Assembly: GCA_973895155.1 (NCBI GenBank)
Contig: OZ316892.1
Span: forward strand, 26,435,233-26,499,232
Direction of reading: 5' to 3'
Length of the DNA stretch: 64,000 nucleotides
Origin: Marsupella aquatica
Lineage: Eukaryota > Plantae > Marchantiophyta
Part shown: in pieces, positions 1 to 12,782 of the stretch
Layout: every line of letters begins with the position of its first letter
How positions within the stretch are numbered: the stretch's first letter is position 1
The notes under the pieces: generated by a model
Told to the model about the DNA's origin: nothing
Databases searched by the model: none
Seen by the model: the letters and a program-made list of their open reading frames with translations, nothing else
Position numbers and translations under genes: made by a program

Positions 1-3000
1 TGTTCTTTTCCATGGTCTTAAGTTGAAAGATTGTGAAGAGGCACACATCACTACGTGGATGTCGGGCGACAACTCTGAGATGTGGCCAAGGACATGGTTG
101 GCGGAAACATTCCCCAAAGCTCGCATCATAACAATTTGCTATGATTCTGCTGCAAAAAAGACGAACGGGGTTGAACAGCTAGACATGTTCTTGACGAGGG
201 AAAATCTGTTGTCTGCACTTACAAGTGATTCTGTAAGGGTAGGCGAAGCTCAGTGTCCAATAGTGCTGGTGGGCCATTGTCTCGGAGGTCTTCTACTCAA
301 GGAACTATGTTTGCACGCCAACCAGGTGTTGAGTGAAAAAAGGGGAGGAATACCAGGAATGCAACGCATCCATGATTTTTTTGGGAACTTGAGAGGCATG
401 TTCTTTTATGGAACACCTCATCTTGGATCGCTTCTTGGTGATGAACTCCATGACTGTTTCGATGGTTCACTTCTAGCTGAAATAGAGGTCCTCAATGCCT
501 GGAGCGCAAGGAAGAATGCAAGCTTTAGTGACTTGAAGGCCCGCTACAAATGGATTAGTTATGGAATGGGCGAGTCACACAAAAGCTTCGTGGTACTTCC
601 AACACCATAGCTTTGTCCTATTGGGTGCTCATGCCTGGCTCTTGATAGTTTTTTGGCTTTGTTGAATGTTTCAGTTTGTCATTTGATTTATTTTTTCTGA
701 CCAGGAAGTTGCACAAGCTTGCCTAAGTTTAAGCTGATAGTGTTGGTTAATGGGGTCGAAATGTCTGCAAAAGACATTTTCTCGATTCGATATTTATAGA
801 AGTCTAGTTTGAAGTACTTTGATTTCCATTTTATGTTGATTACCTAGCCTTCATCACTTGTACTCTTTGCTAAAGAAATTACTTGTCATGTAGGATTGCC
901 TCGGAAAATATATCCAGGTTGTCCCTGAAGCATCGAGTAGGGTAGACATGGATGCCTATTATTCTGTTCAAGCAAATCATTTTAACTTATGCAAGCCAGC
1001 GAAGAAGCAAGATAGTGCCTTCTCATTTCTCGTCGATTTCCTCCGCAAGGTATCCATCCTATTTTTAGTCCTACACGAAATAATGTACCGTTGGTGTGTT
1101 GGTCAGGCCTGGCAAGTGTGGCAGCGTGCAATAGAACAGGAAAATTCAAATTTCTAGGTTGGAAAATGTCTATTGCAAACTCCTTAGTAGTAGCAGTAGT
1201 AGTACCGTAGATGTATGGTTTGAGATATAAAGACTCTCAGAGCATTGTGGCGAAGACTCCTGCTGATACATAATTCAGCTCAGGGGAATTTGCGGAGTTC
1301 TCAGCCTTATGGATTGAAAAATTCCATATCCAGACACTACGTGTTCCAACATCATATTTCTAGACAAACATTGAGTTTTACAGTCTTTCTATCTGCTCTG
1401 CTTCTAACATTCAAATCATGCGAAACTCTAGATTCATGGAGAGCATATACTTCGATCAGGGGTCGAGGCTGATCGTATGAGCGGCCGAGGGTATGTTGTT
1501 GACCATCATGGTCGTGCAGACGAAGTCGAAAGCATGTTGCTGAAGCCCAATGCTTATACCGCTTTCATTGTTGGGCTGCCTGGCATCGGGAAGACCACAT
1601 TAGCACAGCAGGTCTTCCACGACATCTCTCATTCTTTTGCAATCAGATGCTTCATAGATCTGGACAATTTCAAAGAACCTTCGAAGTGCCGCAAGGAGGT
1701 TTTGAAGAAGATTGAGAGCGCATTAAAACAACAAGGCAAAGAATGGAGTTATGACTACTTGACTGTGCCTCGTTATTTGAAGGGCAAGAAAGCGTTGATC
1801 GTTCTTGACAATGTACAGTCACAGGTCCAGCTAGATGCTTTGAGTAGAGAAATCTGGCTGGAGGGGAGCAACAGTAGGCTAGTTGTGACCACAACCAATT
1901 CTGACCTTGGCTCCCAGTCAAACACTTACAAGGTCAATTTCTTGGGCGACCAAGAATCGCGAGAATTGTTTTGTCATTATGCATTTCAAAACAGGGCCAG
2001 ACCGGAGTGTCTCGCAAATCGTCTTGAACAAGTAATACAGAGATGCGGAAATTTCCCGTTGTCTCTCAAAATCCTGGGTAGTTATTTGAGTGCAAAGGAC
2101 GTGGATGACCAAAGCCTGTGGAGCGATCTTCTTGTGAAGCTGGAAAATGCGGAAGAAGTTGCTAGCGGTCCTGATTACGGACTATGGGCAAGGTTAAGGC
2201 CCTGCTACTATGCTCTTGCGCCTTCAGAGCAAGAAATGTTTTTGGATGTTTCAGTTCTGTTTAGTGGTTATCCGTTGAACTTGGTAAAGTACATGTGGAG
2301 TGCATGTCGGCAGTGTCCAACCATAGGGTGGGAGAATTTGGAGCGAGGATTTTTGGTCATTGAGGATGGACGGGGGAGAATTTGGATGCACGAATTGCTG
2401 AGAAATCTAGGTCGAAGTATTGCATGTCCTCAAACATTTCCAAATAGCTGTGTTGACAAGTGGAGACGAATTTCTAGCGGATGCTTGGAGAGGGATTTTA
2501 TTGCCAAGTATCAGGTAATTTTACCATTCAGATTATTCGTAGTGTTCAAACTCGGCATTCTCCAATGTTTAGAAAGTGTCCGCTCAACAATATATTAGCA
2601 TTCCAAGAGTTTTCAAGCACTGAGTGTAATTGAGAAGATCGACCATGACTTGCTGGTACTTCATGATGCAGGGTTTTATGGAGTCACTGTCGTTGGAGCT
2701 TCAAGTGCACGACAACGAAAGGTTGACCTTGAGAAATACGACACTAGCACAATATGTGAAGCTTGAATACTTGATCCTGGATGGTGTCGAGATGACTGAA
2801 GGAAGAGTGGAACTCCCCGGGTCCTTGGTCTATTTGAAATGGAAGGGTGCATTATTTGAGACTTGCCCCGTGGATTTCAACGGCTTGAGAAATTTGGCTG
2901 TCCTTGATCTCCAATTCTGCAAGGCCATGACAAGTCTTCCTCCGAGTGTGGTGATAGCAAAGAAGCTGAAGTGGTTGGAGTTGGAAGGTTGCCAATCCCT

Positions 3001-4825
3001 CACAAAGCTGCCCGAAGGTCTGTATGAATTTAGTGGTCTCGAGTACTTGGGCCTGACGATGACAGGCGTGGGCAAGTTGTCAAGCAAGTTGAGAAAGTTG
3101 AAGAACCTGAAGTGGTTTCGAGCTGACCAGACGGGTTTGGCACGAGTTCCTGACGCGATAGGTCGCCTTACGTTGTTAGAGACTCTCGATATCAGCAGCA
3201 CGACTGTGACAGTCCTACCAGAGTCCATTGGGGCTCTCAAGCTCTTGAAAACTCTAAATGCCCGCTACACCTTGTTGAGCTCGTTGCCAGAGTCAATTGG
3301 TGATCTCGAGCTCTTGGAAACTCTAGATGCGGGAAACACATTCTTGAGGGCTTTGCCGGAATCATTGGGGAACGTCGTTGGATTGAAGCACTTGACGTTG
3401 AGGTCCACTCCCTTAGAATCACTACCGGATTCCATTTGTTTGCTCCGCTCTGTCGAAACCCTAGATTTGACTGACACACGAATAAGCACACTTCCGGATG
3501 CATTTGGAGAGCTTGAGAGCTTGAATTCGTTGCACATAAGCGGGTCAAGGGTGAGGTCGTTGCCGGAGACATTCAGCAAGCTCTCCGACCTGCTGTTTCT
3601 TATCTTGACAGTCTCGACAAGTTTGAATGATGGCACACATCCATCAGGCTCAGGGACACACTCCACAATTTCGCGCAGCCGCCAAGATTTCTGGTGTGCG
3701 ATGATGTTTAAGACCCCCTTAGCAGGAGAGAATCTTGAAGTCGAAGAGGAAGGGGAGATACCAGCTATGAGCCGCCAAGATTTCTGGTGTGCGATGATGT
3801 TTAAGACCCCCTTTGCAGGAGAGAATCTTGAAGTCGAAGAGGAAGGGGAGATACCAGCTATGAGCCGCGCTCTTTTCTCCGCTACATTACCGTTGTATAG
3901 AGTCAGGAGGCTGGCGATAGTTGGTAAAAATTTCAGCGAATCTGCACTTCCAACTCTTTTTAATGCATTGAAAGAAATGACCTCCCTTAGTCAATTGACT
4001 CTAAAGGGGTTCAATGAGGTAGAGGCATTCCCTTCTGAATTAGGAACGCTAACTGGTTTAGAGACACTCACAATCGCATCTTGTGAGAGACTACGGGAGT
4101 TGCCTTATTCGTTCAGCTTGCTCGAGTGGTTGACTGACCTAGAGTTAACTAACCTGCCAAGGCTGCGCAGACTCCCGGAGGGTCTAAACTTCGCCTGGTG
4201 CCCTTTTGATTTGACTGTAGTTAATTGTGGAAGTGTGCAGAGCATGCCCAGGTCTTTTGGGCACAAGTCCCCTTTGGACAGAGATTCCTCCCCAGCATGT
4301 TCCGACGAAAGTGGGAACTCCGACTCCAACCCCACTGTGTATCGGTGGCGTAGACAAAGAGTTATTGTTACCGACTCGTGGAGACTCTTGCGATGCTTGC
4401 TAGAATGTCGTACGGGTCAAGGCTACAGCTTTCCCATTAGGTTCAGGATCACGTGTGAGGAGATGAAGACGGCGATGAAGAGGGCAGTGAAATTGAAAGG
4501 GGATTCGGAGGCGGAATTCAAGTTGGCCACGACAGAGTTGAGGAAGCTGTGTTTGGAATGCCAAGTGGGAGATGACGGCCTCCATGGAAGCTTCACACCC
4601 TCCACAATCTGGGCCCCTTTGAACCTCGAGTCAAAATCTAAGATATATTTACAGTGCATGGGATACCATGCTTCGGATTACGCAAATTTTCGTTACCAAC
4701 AGCCATGTAAGATCCACAGATTAGTAGTGAGAGTGCTGGACATGGACGAAGAAGACAGTGAAGGCAAAGATGACAGTAACATACAGGATTCAGACGAAGA
4801 TACAGTGGACAGTGAAGACGATTGA
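1..4825 (+). CDS. HNL immune receptor (alpha/beta-hydrolase-NB-ARC-LRR), copy 1; 5' end outside window, C-terminal tail shortened by an early stop
   Basis: Predicted phase-0 GT-AG exons <1-592, 894-1049, 1432-2514, 2672-4825. Hydrolase motifs LFHGL, GHCLGG, FYGTPH, ANHFNLCKP. P-loop GLPGIGKTT, kinase-2 LIVLDNV, MHE motif, many LxxLPxSIGxL LRRs. TGA at 4823-4825 is TCA in copies 2 and 3. Confidence 0.9.
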
Positions 4826-6038
4826 GACAACATTGAGGAGGCCCAAGACATAGAGGACCAGGATGGCAAGCAAAGTGACGATGAGGAGATCGAGGCAAAG
4901 CACAGGAAATTGAATGATTGGTCAAATGCAGGAAATTCGACATAGAGATGGTTGGTACAGCTCTGAGGCTTCTCCTTCCCTTAAGTCCATCCCTCGTGTG
5001 AGCAGACACTGCCGCAAGCACCACTCTTCTCCATTGGCAATGACTAGTCTAGCCACATTGCTTGACTCAAATTCGGCTATGTAACTTGAGAATATTCAAC
5101 GGCAGGTCCATTATTCCCGACATGCTGTCGTTATGAGATGATTCCTACTGTGCTATTCCACTGAATTCCACTGAATTAAATAAATAAAAGTGCTTGAAGG
5201 GGGTCATTCTTGCAACATTGAGATTGTACCTGAAGTGAGTTGTGCTATTGTTGTTCCTGTGTGAGGCACTTGCCATTCTCTCTCTGCTCTAATGGCAATA
5301 CACTGTATTCATGCCATGTTAAAGAGTACAGCTCCTGCTGCCAGGGTTGGATGGATTTCTGGAAGAAGATCTAATCTTTGTTGCCTTAGAAATTTGCAAC
5401 TGAGACATTGGTAATGGGCGAAAGAAGAAAAGCACCACTATTCTGCCAGAATGACTGGAAGTTCTCTGACAAATTCGCTTGACAACCCAGCACGGTCTCC
5501 ATCCTAAGAGTTTGTCATTTTATTAAGCAAAGCACATAAACTTTCCCCGAAAACAAAGCCAAATTTGCACCAGGGAGTTCATTCCATGTAAGACATTCCA
5601 AAATATGACTCCCATGCAAAACTAACAAATCCTTGCGGGAACCCTCGTCGACAACCACTTTTACTGCTGTGTACAACGGTTGCATCTGGACAAAGCAGAG
5701 TAAAGAGCCTTGTTGTAAAAAAACATTAAATGGAGACATAATGTTGAACTAAAGTAACTGGAACCTTCAACTCAGCAGAGGCTTCCGCTGGATTGGTATG
5801 GCGTCTTGCATCCGAGACAGACCTTCAGAATTGTCCTCATCGTCTTCTTCCCATTCGTTGTCGTCTTCTTCCACATTATCATCTTTATTGTCATAATGAA
5901 GGTCAGCATGCTGTCTCTTTCTGGAACTTCTGCTGAGCCCGGTTTGAAGTTCAGCTGAGGTATTACAGTTACATGCATTCAAGTCAGCAAAAACAAACAT
6001 AGCGTAAGTAAACATATTGTAATTACTCTAGTTGATAC

Positions 6039-6325
6039 CCCGGGGTCCTCATTTCTTTTCTTACTACCCATCAAGTGCGATTAAATATAGTATTTTTTTA
6101 TTGAATTTAATGAAATATTTTTAAATTTTTGTTGAATAACATTAGAGTAATTTTAATCCAATTTTAGGAATTATAAAAAACACTAATTTTTTAAAATAAA
6201 ATATAAAAATATTCTTAAAATATTCAATTAAATTAATTAAAAAAATTATTGACTTAATTTTTAAGGTATTTATTCTCCCAAAATTTGGAGCTTATAAGAT
6301 ACCCCTTGGATTGAGGCCCCCCAAG
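6039..6325. mobile_element. AT-rich MITE with degenerate 8-bp TSD
   Basis: Termini CCCGGGGTCCTCA / TGAGGCCCCCCAAG; flanks GTTGATAC and ATTGCTAC. Absent from the paralogous site at about 54842-54860 (GTTGATACTGGGTTG). Confidence 0.8.
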
Positions 6326-6799
6326 ATTGCTACTGGGTTGCTCAATCTTGAACTTTGAGGAGCTCTTGAGTCACTATCACTCAAGGTACAACAAAGAAAA
6401 TGGAGAGCAAGAGTCATTTTCAGGAGCACGAGCCGAACTGCAATGTATGGAAGACAGAAGGAGAGGAGGGGCTAGGAGCATGAGTCGAACAGTCAGTGTA
6501 AGGAAAGAAAAAGGACATAACAGTGAGGACAAGTCCGACCATGAGATTAACACAGTAGCACTTGGAGGCCACAATGACAATGATGCCTGTAACAAAACCA
6601 TTGCGAAGCAGACCTCGACTTTAGCCCCAATCAATCAAGCAACCCAGAAATTGAAAACTCAACCATCATTCAACCAAAACGTTTTCCTCTTCTCGGTGCG
6701 GTTCGTTGTAGGCACACTCAATATGGAACAACCTTGTCTTTCAACATGGCAATCCAAGGCAGGCTACTACGGAGCCCTTCAAAGCCAAGGCACCAATGA

Positions 6800-7250
6800 C
6801 ACATAAGATGAAGACACAGGAGGACAGCGAAGACGCTTTGGACAACAATAGAGAGGCCCATATAGGACCAGATAGCAATCCAAGTGACGATGAGAAGATG
6901 AATGCAAAGCGCAGGAATTGATTGACTGGTCAAACACAAGCATTCCGAACTTACAGATGGTTGATTAAAGCTTCTCCTTCCCTTCAGTACCTTTCCTCCT
7001 GCCTGAATCACTGCGCTCCTCCATCATAGCGACACACTACTGCCAAACTCAAATCCGCCCATGTATCTTCAAAAATATGTAATTGCAAGTATGTTACCAT
7101 AGGTATTCTACAGTTTTATTGGAGTCATCTTGCACATAGAATTGGCTGTTGCTACAGTCGCTGCGTGTGATTGCCTGAACGTTTATCTTTTTGAGGCGTT
7201 GCCATTTTACGCCATCTTAAGAGTACAGTACCTGCTGCTAGGGTAACTAA
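6800..7250 (+). pseudogene. Orphan HNL C-terminal tail and 3' UTR relic (also at ~55330-55790)
   Basis: Encodes KMKTQEDSEDALDNNREAHIGPDSNPSDDEKMNAKRRN*, like the tail of the inverted pseudogene, followed by 3' UTR-like sequence. Confidence 0.65.
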
Positions 7251-10200
7251 GAATGAATTTCTCGATGATGGTCTATTCATATTGTGCAATCTGAGTCACT
7301 GTGTGACCTTTTGGTGTCAGTGCCATTCTGCAGCTTAGTTGTTTCCACTGCTCTGGTGAAAGCTGTGAACTGCGAGGCCAGCTCTAGCGGATGGTTGGCG
7401 AATGATTTTAACAAAAAAGGGTTTAGCCAATTTTACTGTGTCCTTGCAGCGATTGCGAGTATTGACATGTTGATCTCTAATGCGTTTTGCACACATGGCT
7501 AGACGAATTCAAGAAGTTGGAACGTGCCATTGAGTCCATCGAACCTGAGAAATTGGATTATATGTCGTCCCAATTTCGATGGATTATAAAAGTGTTATCG
7601 AATGTAGAGGAACTTGTTTTAGAGAGTAACAGATAGAATCCTCCATTCTTTCTCCTAATTTGTAGTGAAATTGGAACGAAGAGGTTCAGATTCCGGAAAT
7701 GACTTTTTTTGATTCCGTCACTCTTCGTACATTTTAGTGAATCATTAGACGTATAGCTTTCAATTTTTTGCCTCGAAAAAACTCGTTGAAATTCATCCAA
7801 AAAGCCAGCATACAACATTGGTGGCCCACAAAAGGGATCACCCGGGGGACCAAAGGTCGGGGAGTCAAGGGGACCGGAGAGGCCCGGTACCAGGACAGAA
7901 GCCAGCCCAGAACCCAGGGAGCCAAACAAGACATTCGACTACTGCAGAAGGAGCGACACAACTCCAAAGACCGGCCAGTGGAGAGGTACCGGCAGGGCAC
8001 CAAACAGTGGGTCCATGATATAGCCAAAAGCAATATTATGAGGCTTAAAATCTTCTATAACCACACTCTCGATCAGAATCAGATCTTGATGCGTACATCG
8101 CAGTCTGTGCCTGAGAACTCAGTTCGCATTATCAGAGGTTTACACTTCAACTTCCCCAAAATTGGCTTGAATCCTCTTGAATTTCCATGGTTCCTCATAA
8201 TTGTAGCGCCCCTGCATTCCAGAATTTGATATTCATATGAGAAGATTTGGGGTTTAATTGACATGAACAGCATCGATATCTGTTGCACTCAGCCTGATTC
8301 AATCAGTTTTCGAGGACTCCATTGTAGTGCCCCAAAGATTTGAGTACACAAATCTTAAACGGAGAAGAGATGATCGTGATTATCATGTTGAACAATCGAA
8401 CATTTTACCCAGCAACATGTGAACACAAAACTCACAGCGACCTCCTGAATCATCTCTGGTATAACTCTGTCCAAGTTAAGGTAAATGATCTTGTCCAATA
8501 TTGCTTAGTCCAGGATCTAGATACTCTAGTTCTTTCTCAGTGGATCTAATTTCTAGTGAGGGAGCGAATCTTGCATGTACTAGCGTGGAAGGCATCACAA
8601 CCGAGATTTCGGTCAAGAAATCCAAAATTCGTCGGGAATATCTGAGTCCGCTGAGTTTCGCCCATAGAACCAGACGCGGCGGACTGATTGAGTTTTGGTG
8701 GGCCAATCTCCGCTGAATTTCGGACCGATATTCCCCTCAAAAACTGGAGCTGAAAATCTGGCCGCACGGGTCGATTGAAACTTGGCGATCGGGGCATCCT
8801 GAGTGCGAGGGACTGATACAGTCATCATCCTGGCTCTTCCTTTAGCAATTGTCCCCAAAGTACTGCTCCTTCCAAATTTGCTGCTAACGATTGAGGTTGC
8901 TAACTTAGAGCTGGAATCACAAAGAGGCGAAGGGGTCGCGAAGGATGCTCAAGAATAGAATGGAATCGCCATAATAACAGCAGTAACAGGTAGGGTATAT
9001 CGTGTTCAGTCGGACGTGAAATCTACTGTCCATACCACTTTTTATGTCCAATGGTAACCTAGTGACAAAGTTCTTCGAAGGAATAAACTGGAGAATGGCA
9101 CGTTTTAGCACTTTTAACATGATTACCTTGTCCTCAATTCCACAGGAAACTTCTTTTTATACCACTGAGGAATGTACTTTTTATCACAAAAGTGGATCGA
9201 CAAGTGATCATGGTGTACAAAAATTCTACTGTTGAAGGGTGCTTCCAAACCTCAATGCCCTTTGTCCCAGTAAACAACAAGGTCTGACCCTGCCACCTTG
9301 CCATCATGTTCTAGTTGGAGGATTCCTGGTCCTAGTGGTAGTAAACAGACTGATTATCGTTTACACTCGAACAAGGAATTGATCGCAAAATCAGCATAAT
9401 CTGACCATGGACACCCCGCCCTAGCTACCGCGCCCTCTCGATTACCTTAGTTCAGCATCATGTCTTATAAATAAAGAGGTCACTTTTATGTAGGTCGCCT
9501 TCAGGTATCTATCATGTGTCCAGATTCAAATCACGGCAGCTCAGGGTGCCGCATATTCTGGACTGGACAATAGAGGTCGACTGTCTACGGTAGCTTTCCA
9601 GTCGGTATAAATTCGTGCTTGTCAATGCGCCTCTATCTCAAAGTTCAAGGCTTTAAGGAATTGTTAATTAGCACATCCAAAAAGCAGTCAGCGCGAATCT
9701 ATTCCACCTGTATGATAGTTCGAATTGTCCTACCATGTGCACCGGCAATCAATTGTCTGTCTGAGTTTCTCTCGACCTATCTGATTAAAGGAACTTGTGA
9801 GTAAGCTAGCTGGTCGAAGTCCAGAATGTACGAGCCATGCATGCACGTACTGTCTATTGTAAGTTGAGCTCTGAATTGGTTGTCACAAACTGATTGCTCC
9901 TTATTCTGATTAATCAGATATCAATCAGACCTCGATATGGAATTTTTACTACACCCTCCCTTGCATTTCCACACATTGAAGAAAGCTGTCTTAAGTTTGA
10001 AATCCTTCGGAGTGAAAGAACTGCGAAGTGAAGCCATGAGTGAATTGCTGGAAGCCAGGCCAAGGGAGTATGCAGGGTGAGTACGAGCAGGTGGATGACT
10101 ACCCCGAGCGCACCAGGAGCACGGCAAACACACGTACAGACAATTGTGAAGTGTCCTATTTTGTTTCAATCGGAATTCGAAGGTCGGGACGTCAAGGCCA

Positions 10201-12782
10201 AAAAGTTTTCCGCCCTTTCAATGGAACTCCTCGATCAGTGCCGGCGTCTGGGCTGCCTCAGGAGGGCGTGCCGTCTTGCATGTGAGCGGATATTTTTGAG
10301 TGTACCGCTTACCCGGCCGAACGCTTACATGCAAGACAACCCTAATTAAGCCTGGAGAGTTTTACTGGCACAACTCTAAAACTATATCAATGCACCGCGA
10401 GCCCGCAAGTCAAAGACGATGCCGCACTCAGGGTACCAATTGGACTGTCAGATCACGTTTCCATCGAAGAATCGAAAAAGAGAAGCGAGGTGATTGTCAT
10501 CTAGCAAGTACTATATCCCAAAACTGTAGCAACTTTGACTCTCCAAATTTAGCTTTTCATTTGGGTGACACCCATGTGAGTGATCCCTTTGCTGTTCAAG
10601 CGTGAAGCGTCTTCCAGGTAGGTTTTGCTGTACATTGATTCGCATCAAGCAATTTGTGCTACCCGCGTCCAGAGAGCAAGTTGAGACGGACTGATGATCA
10701 TGATGGACTGTAAGTTGAGAAATTAATGATTTCGGAGTTCGATACAGAACTTTCAAGCAAGTCCGTCCGAAACCTTCCTGGAAAGCCACCGCGACGTTTC
10801 AGACGCCCATGCAAAGACACCTAAATGTGATCATTGCTATTATTGAGCCCGGCTCTAATTGCACGTCAAAAAGCAACAGCATATGGTGTACTTTGCTACT
10901 TTGCAACTACTAATAAGCCAGGCTCTAATTGCGAGTCAAAAAGCAAAAGCAAATGGTGTACATATGGTATACTGTGCTACTTGGCAAGTGTCCACAGCTT
11001 AAAGAGACTTTCCATATCATGATAAACCCCATTGATCTTTAAGTGTCCCCAAATTGAAGGGACTTTCCATATCAATTATCCCGGTTCATTATAAAACCAG
11101 TTGATTTTCTATATCCCTCAGGGTTATTCTTTCTACTTATCCTATTGTAGCCTTTTTATATGCAGTAGTTACCACGACCCTATCAATGCTAGTGGCATGT
11201 CCTGTAAGTTTAGTGGAGGGAAAGCGCGAGGGAATAAAGAAAAGCAAAGCTTTACTCATCGATCTGATCGAACAACAGAGTCAGCTTCGGATGACATGCA
11301 ATCCCCGAATCTGAAGGGACAGGCAAGGCCAAGGATTGTTGGCCATTGACCATAATATCATACACGTTCACACTATGACAGGTTAATCTGTGGAGAGCTC
11401 TCGGCAAGAAAATGATGTCAGCGAGATCCAAGCTAGGTCGCTAATTTGCAGTAGAGAAACCGAGGGGACAGATGACGATCCACTCGGTGCAAGCTTCTGG
11501 ATACAATTTGTACGAGTACATAGCTTAAATCTGGAGCCTGTTGTGAGTGGGAAATTTGGCACCAATTCAGCAACAAATCAGCCGAGGAAGACGGATCAAT
11601 GACGAAGGAATCAGAGTGGCCTGTCCTCTTCTTCATTTTGGTCTCGGAAGAAACTTCGAAGGTCGAGTAAAATGCCATGCAGAATTTTCGAATCAGCCTG
11701 GCTTCCCAAAAAGAAAGCGACCATGCCGCCAAGTAGTCAAAGCACACACTCTAGCATTTGCAGATAGTAGCAACCTGACTGAAACAGAGAAACACCGAAA
11801 CGCTCAGACAGCTACAGCAATCCCAACAAGACTATTCACTTGATCCAAAACACCAGCTATGCCAGTCTTGCAATCCTCGTTTGAACGTGCTATGACAAAA
11901 TGAGCACTTTAATAGCTTTAGCATTTCATGTACACATATGTAAAATGTCTCGTGAACGTGCATCTAAATGGAACCGGCAAATCAGTCCTTCGATCACCAT
12001 CGTATTCTGGACAGAACGCACCGCTGGTCGGATGGTCTGTTCCCTGGCGCCAAGGGTTATATTGTTGGCAACATCTGAGTTACTCGTAAGCTAGGTAGCG
12101 GTCTGAGTCACTCATGAGTTAGGAAGAGGCTGATCCGACTCAGGCTTCCAACGAGGTTTCTCTGGTCCCTTGTGCTCAATCTTCCAAGGTTTAGGATGCG
12201 AACCAGACCTCCTCCTCCTCGTCATTCTCTCTCTGGTTCGATCACAACTTTGAACATGTCAAAATTACTTAAAGGAGCAATGAGTTCACTTCATCTTCTC
12301 CTTCCTTCAAGAGTTGCATCTTTCCAATATCTTATTTTGAAAACTTCTAGAAATGCATCCGTACATGAAATGCTGTACTCTTAACGTACATGGCATGAGA
12401 ACAGAGAGTTATTGCCATTGCAGCAGAGAGAGAATGGCGAGTGCGTCACAAAGGGAAAACACTAACACAAATCATTTCACCTACAATCTCAATGTGCAAG
12501 AGTGACCCCATCCCAGCCCTTTAATTTATTTTATTTAGTAGAATAGTGCAGAAGGGATCACTTCATACTGTCAACATGTCCGATAACGTACCTGACATTG
12601 AATACTTCTCAAGTTACAAAGCCAAATTTGAGTTCGGCAATGTGCCTAGACCAATCGTTCGTCTGAGAAGAGTGGCGCTTGAGGAAGTATCCGCTAACAC
12701 GGGGAAAGCACTTGAGGGAAGTCGAAGCCTGAGAGCAGTACCAACCCTCGTTATCTCGAGTTTATTGCATTTGGCCAATCAA

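Noticed and set aside
593-2671. Separate small genes for the hydrolase, NB-ARC and LRR ORFs
   Set aside because: Conserved phase-0 GT-AG junctions join them into one gene; the ORF ends (VVLPTP, VILPFRLF, VSIL...) are intron read-through.
5767-6015. Minus-strand acidic ORF (also 54578-54826)
   Set aside because: Short, with no recognisable domain; its recurrence is explained by the recent duplication. Possibly a gene relic but unsupported.
7284-12384. Many 60-150-aa ORFs in the intergenic segment
   Set aside because: No motifs, and frames are often broken by indels in the paralogous 55.8-59.6 kb segment.
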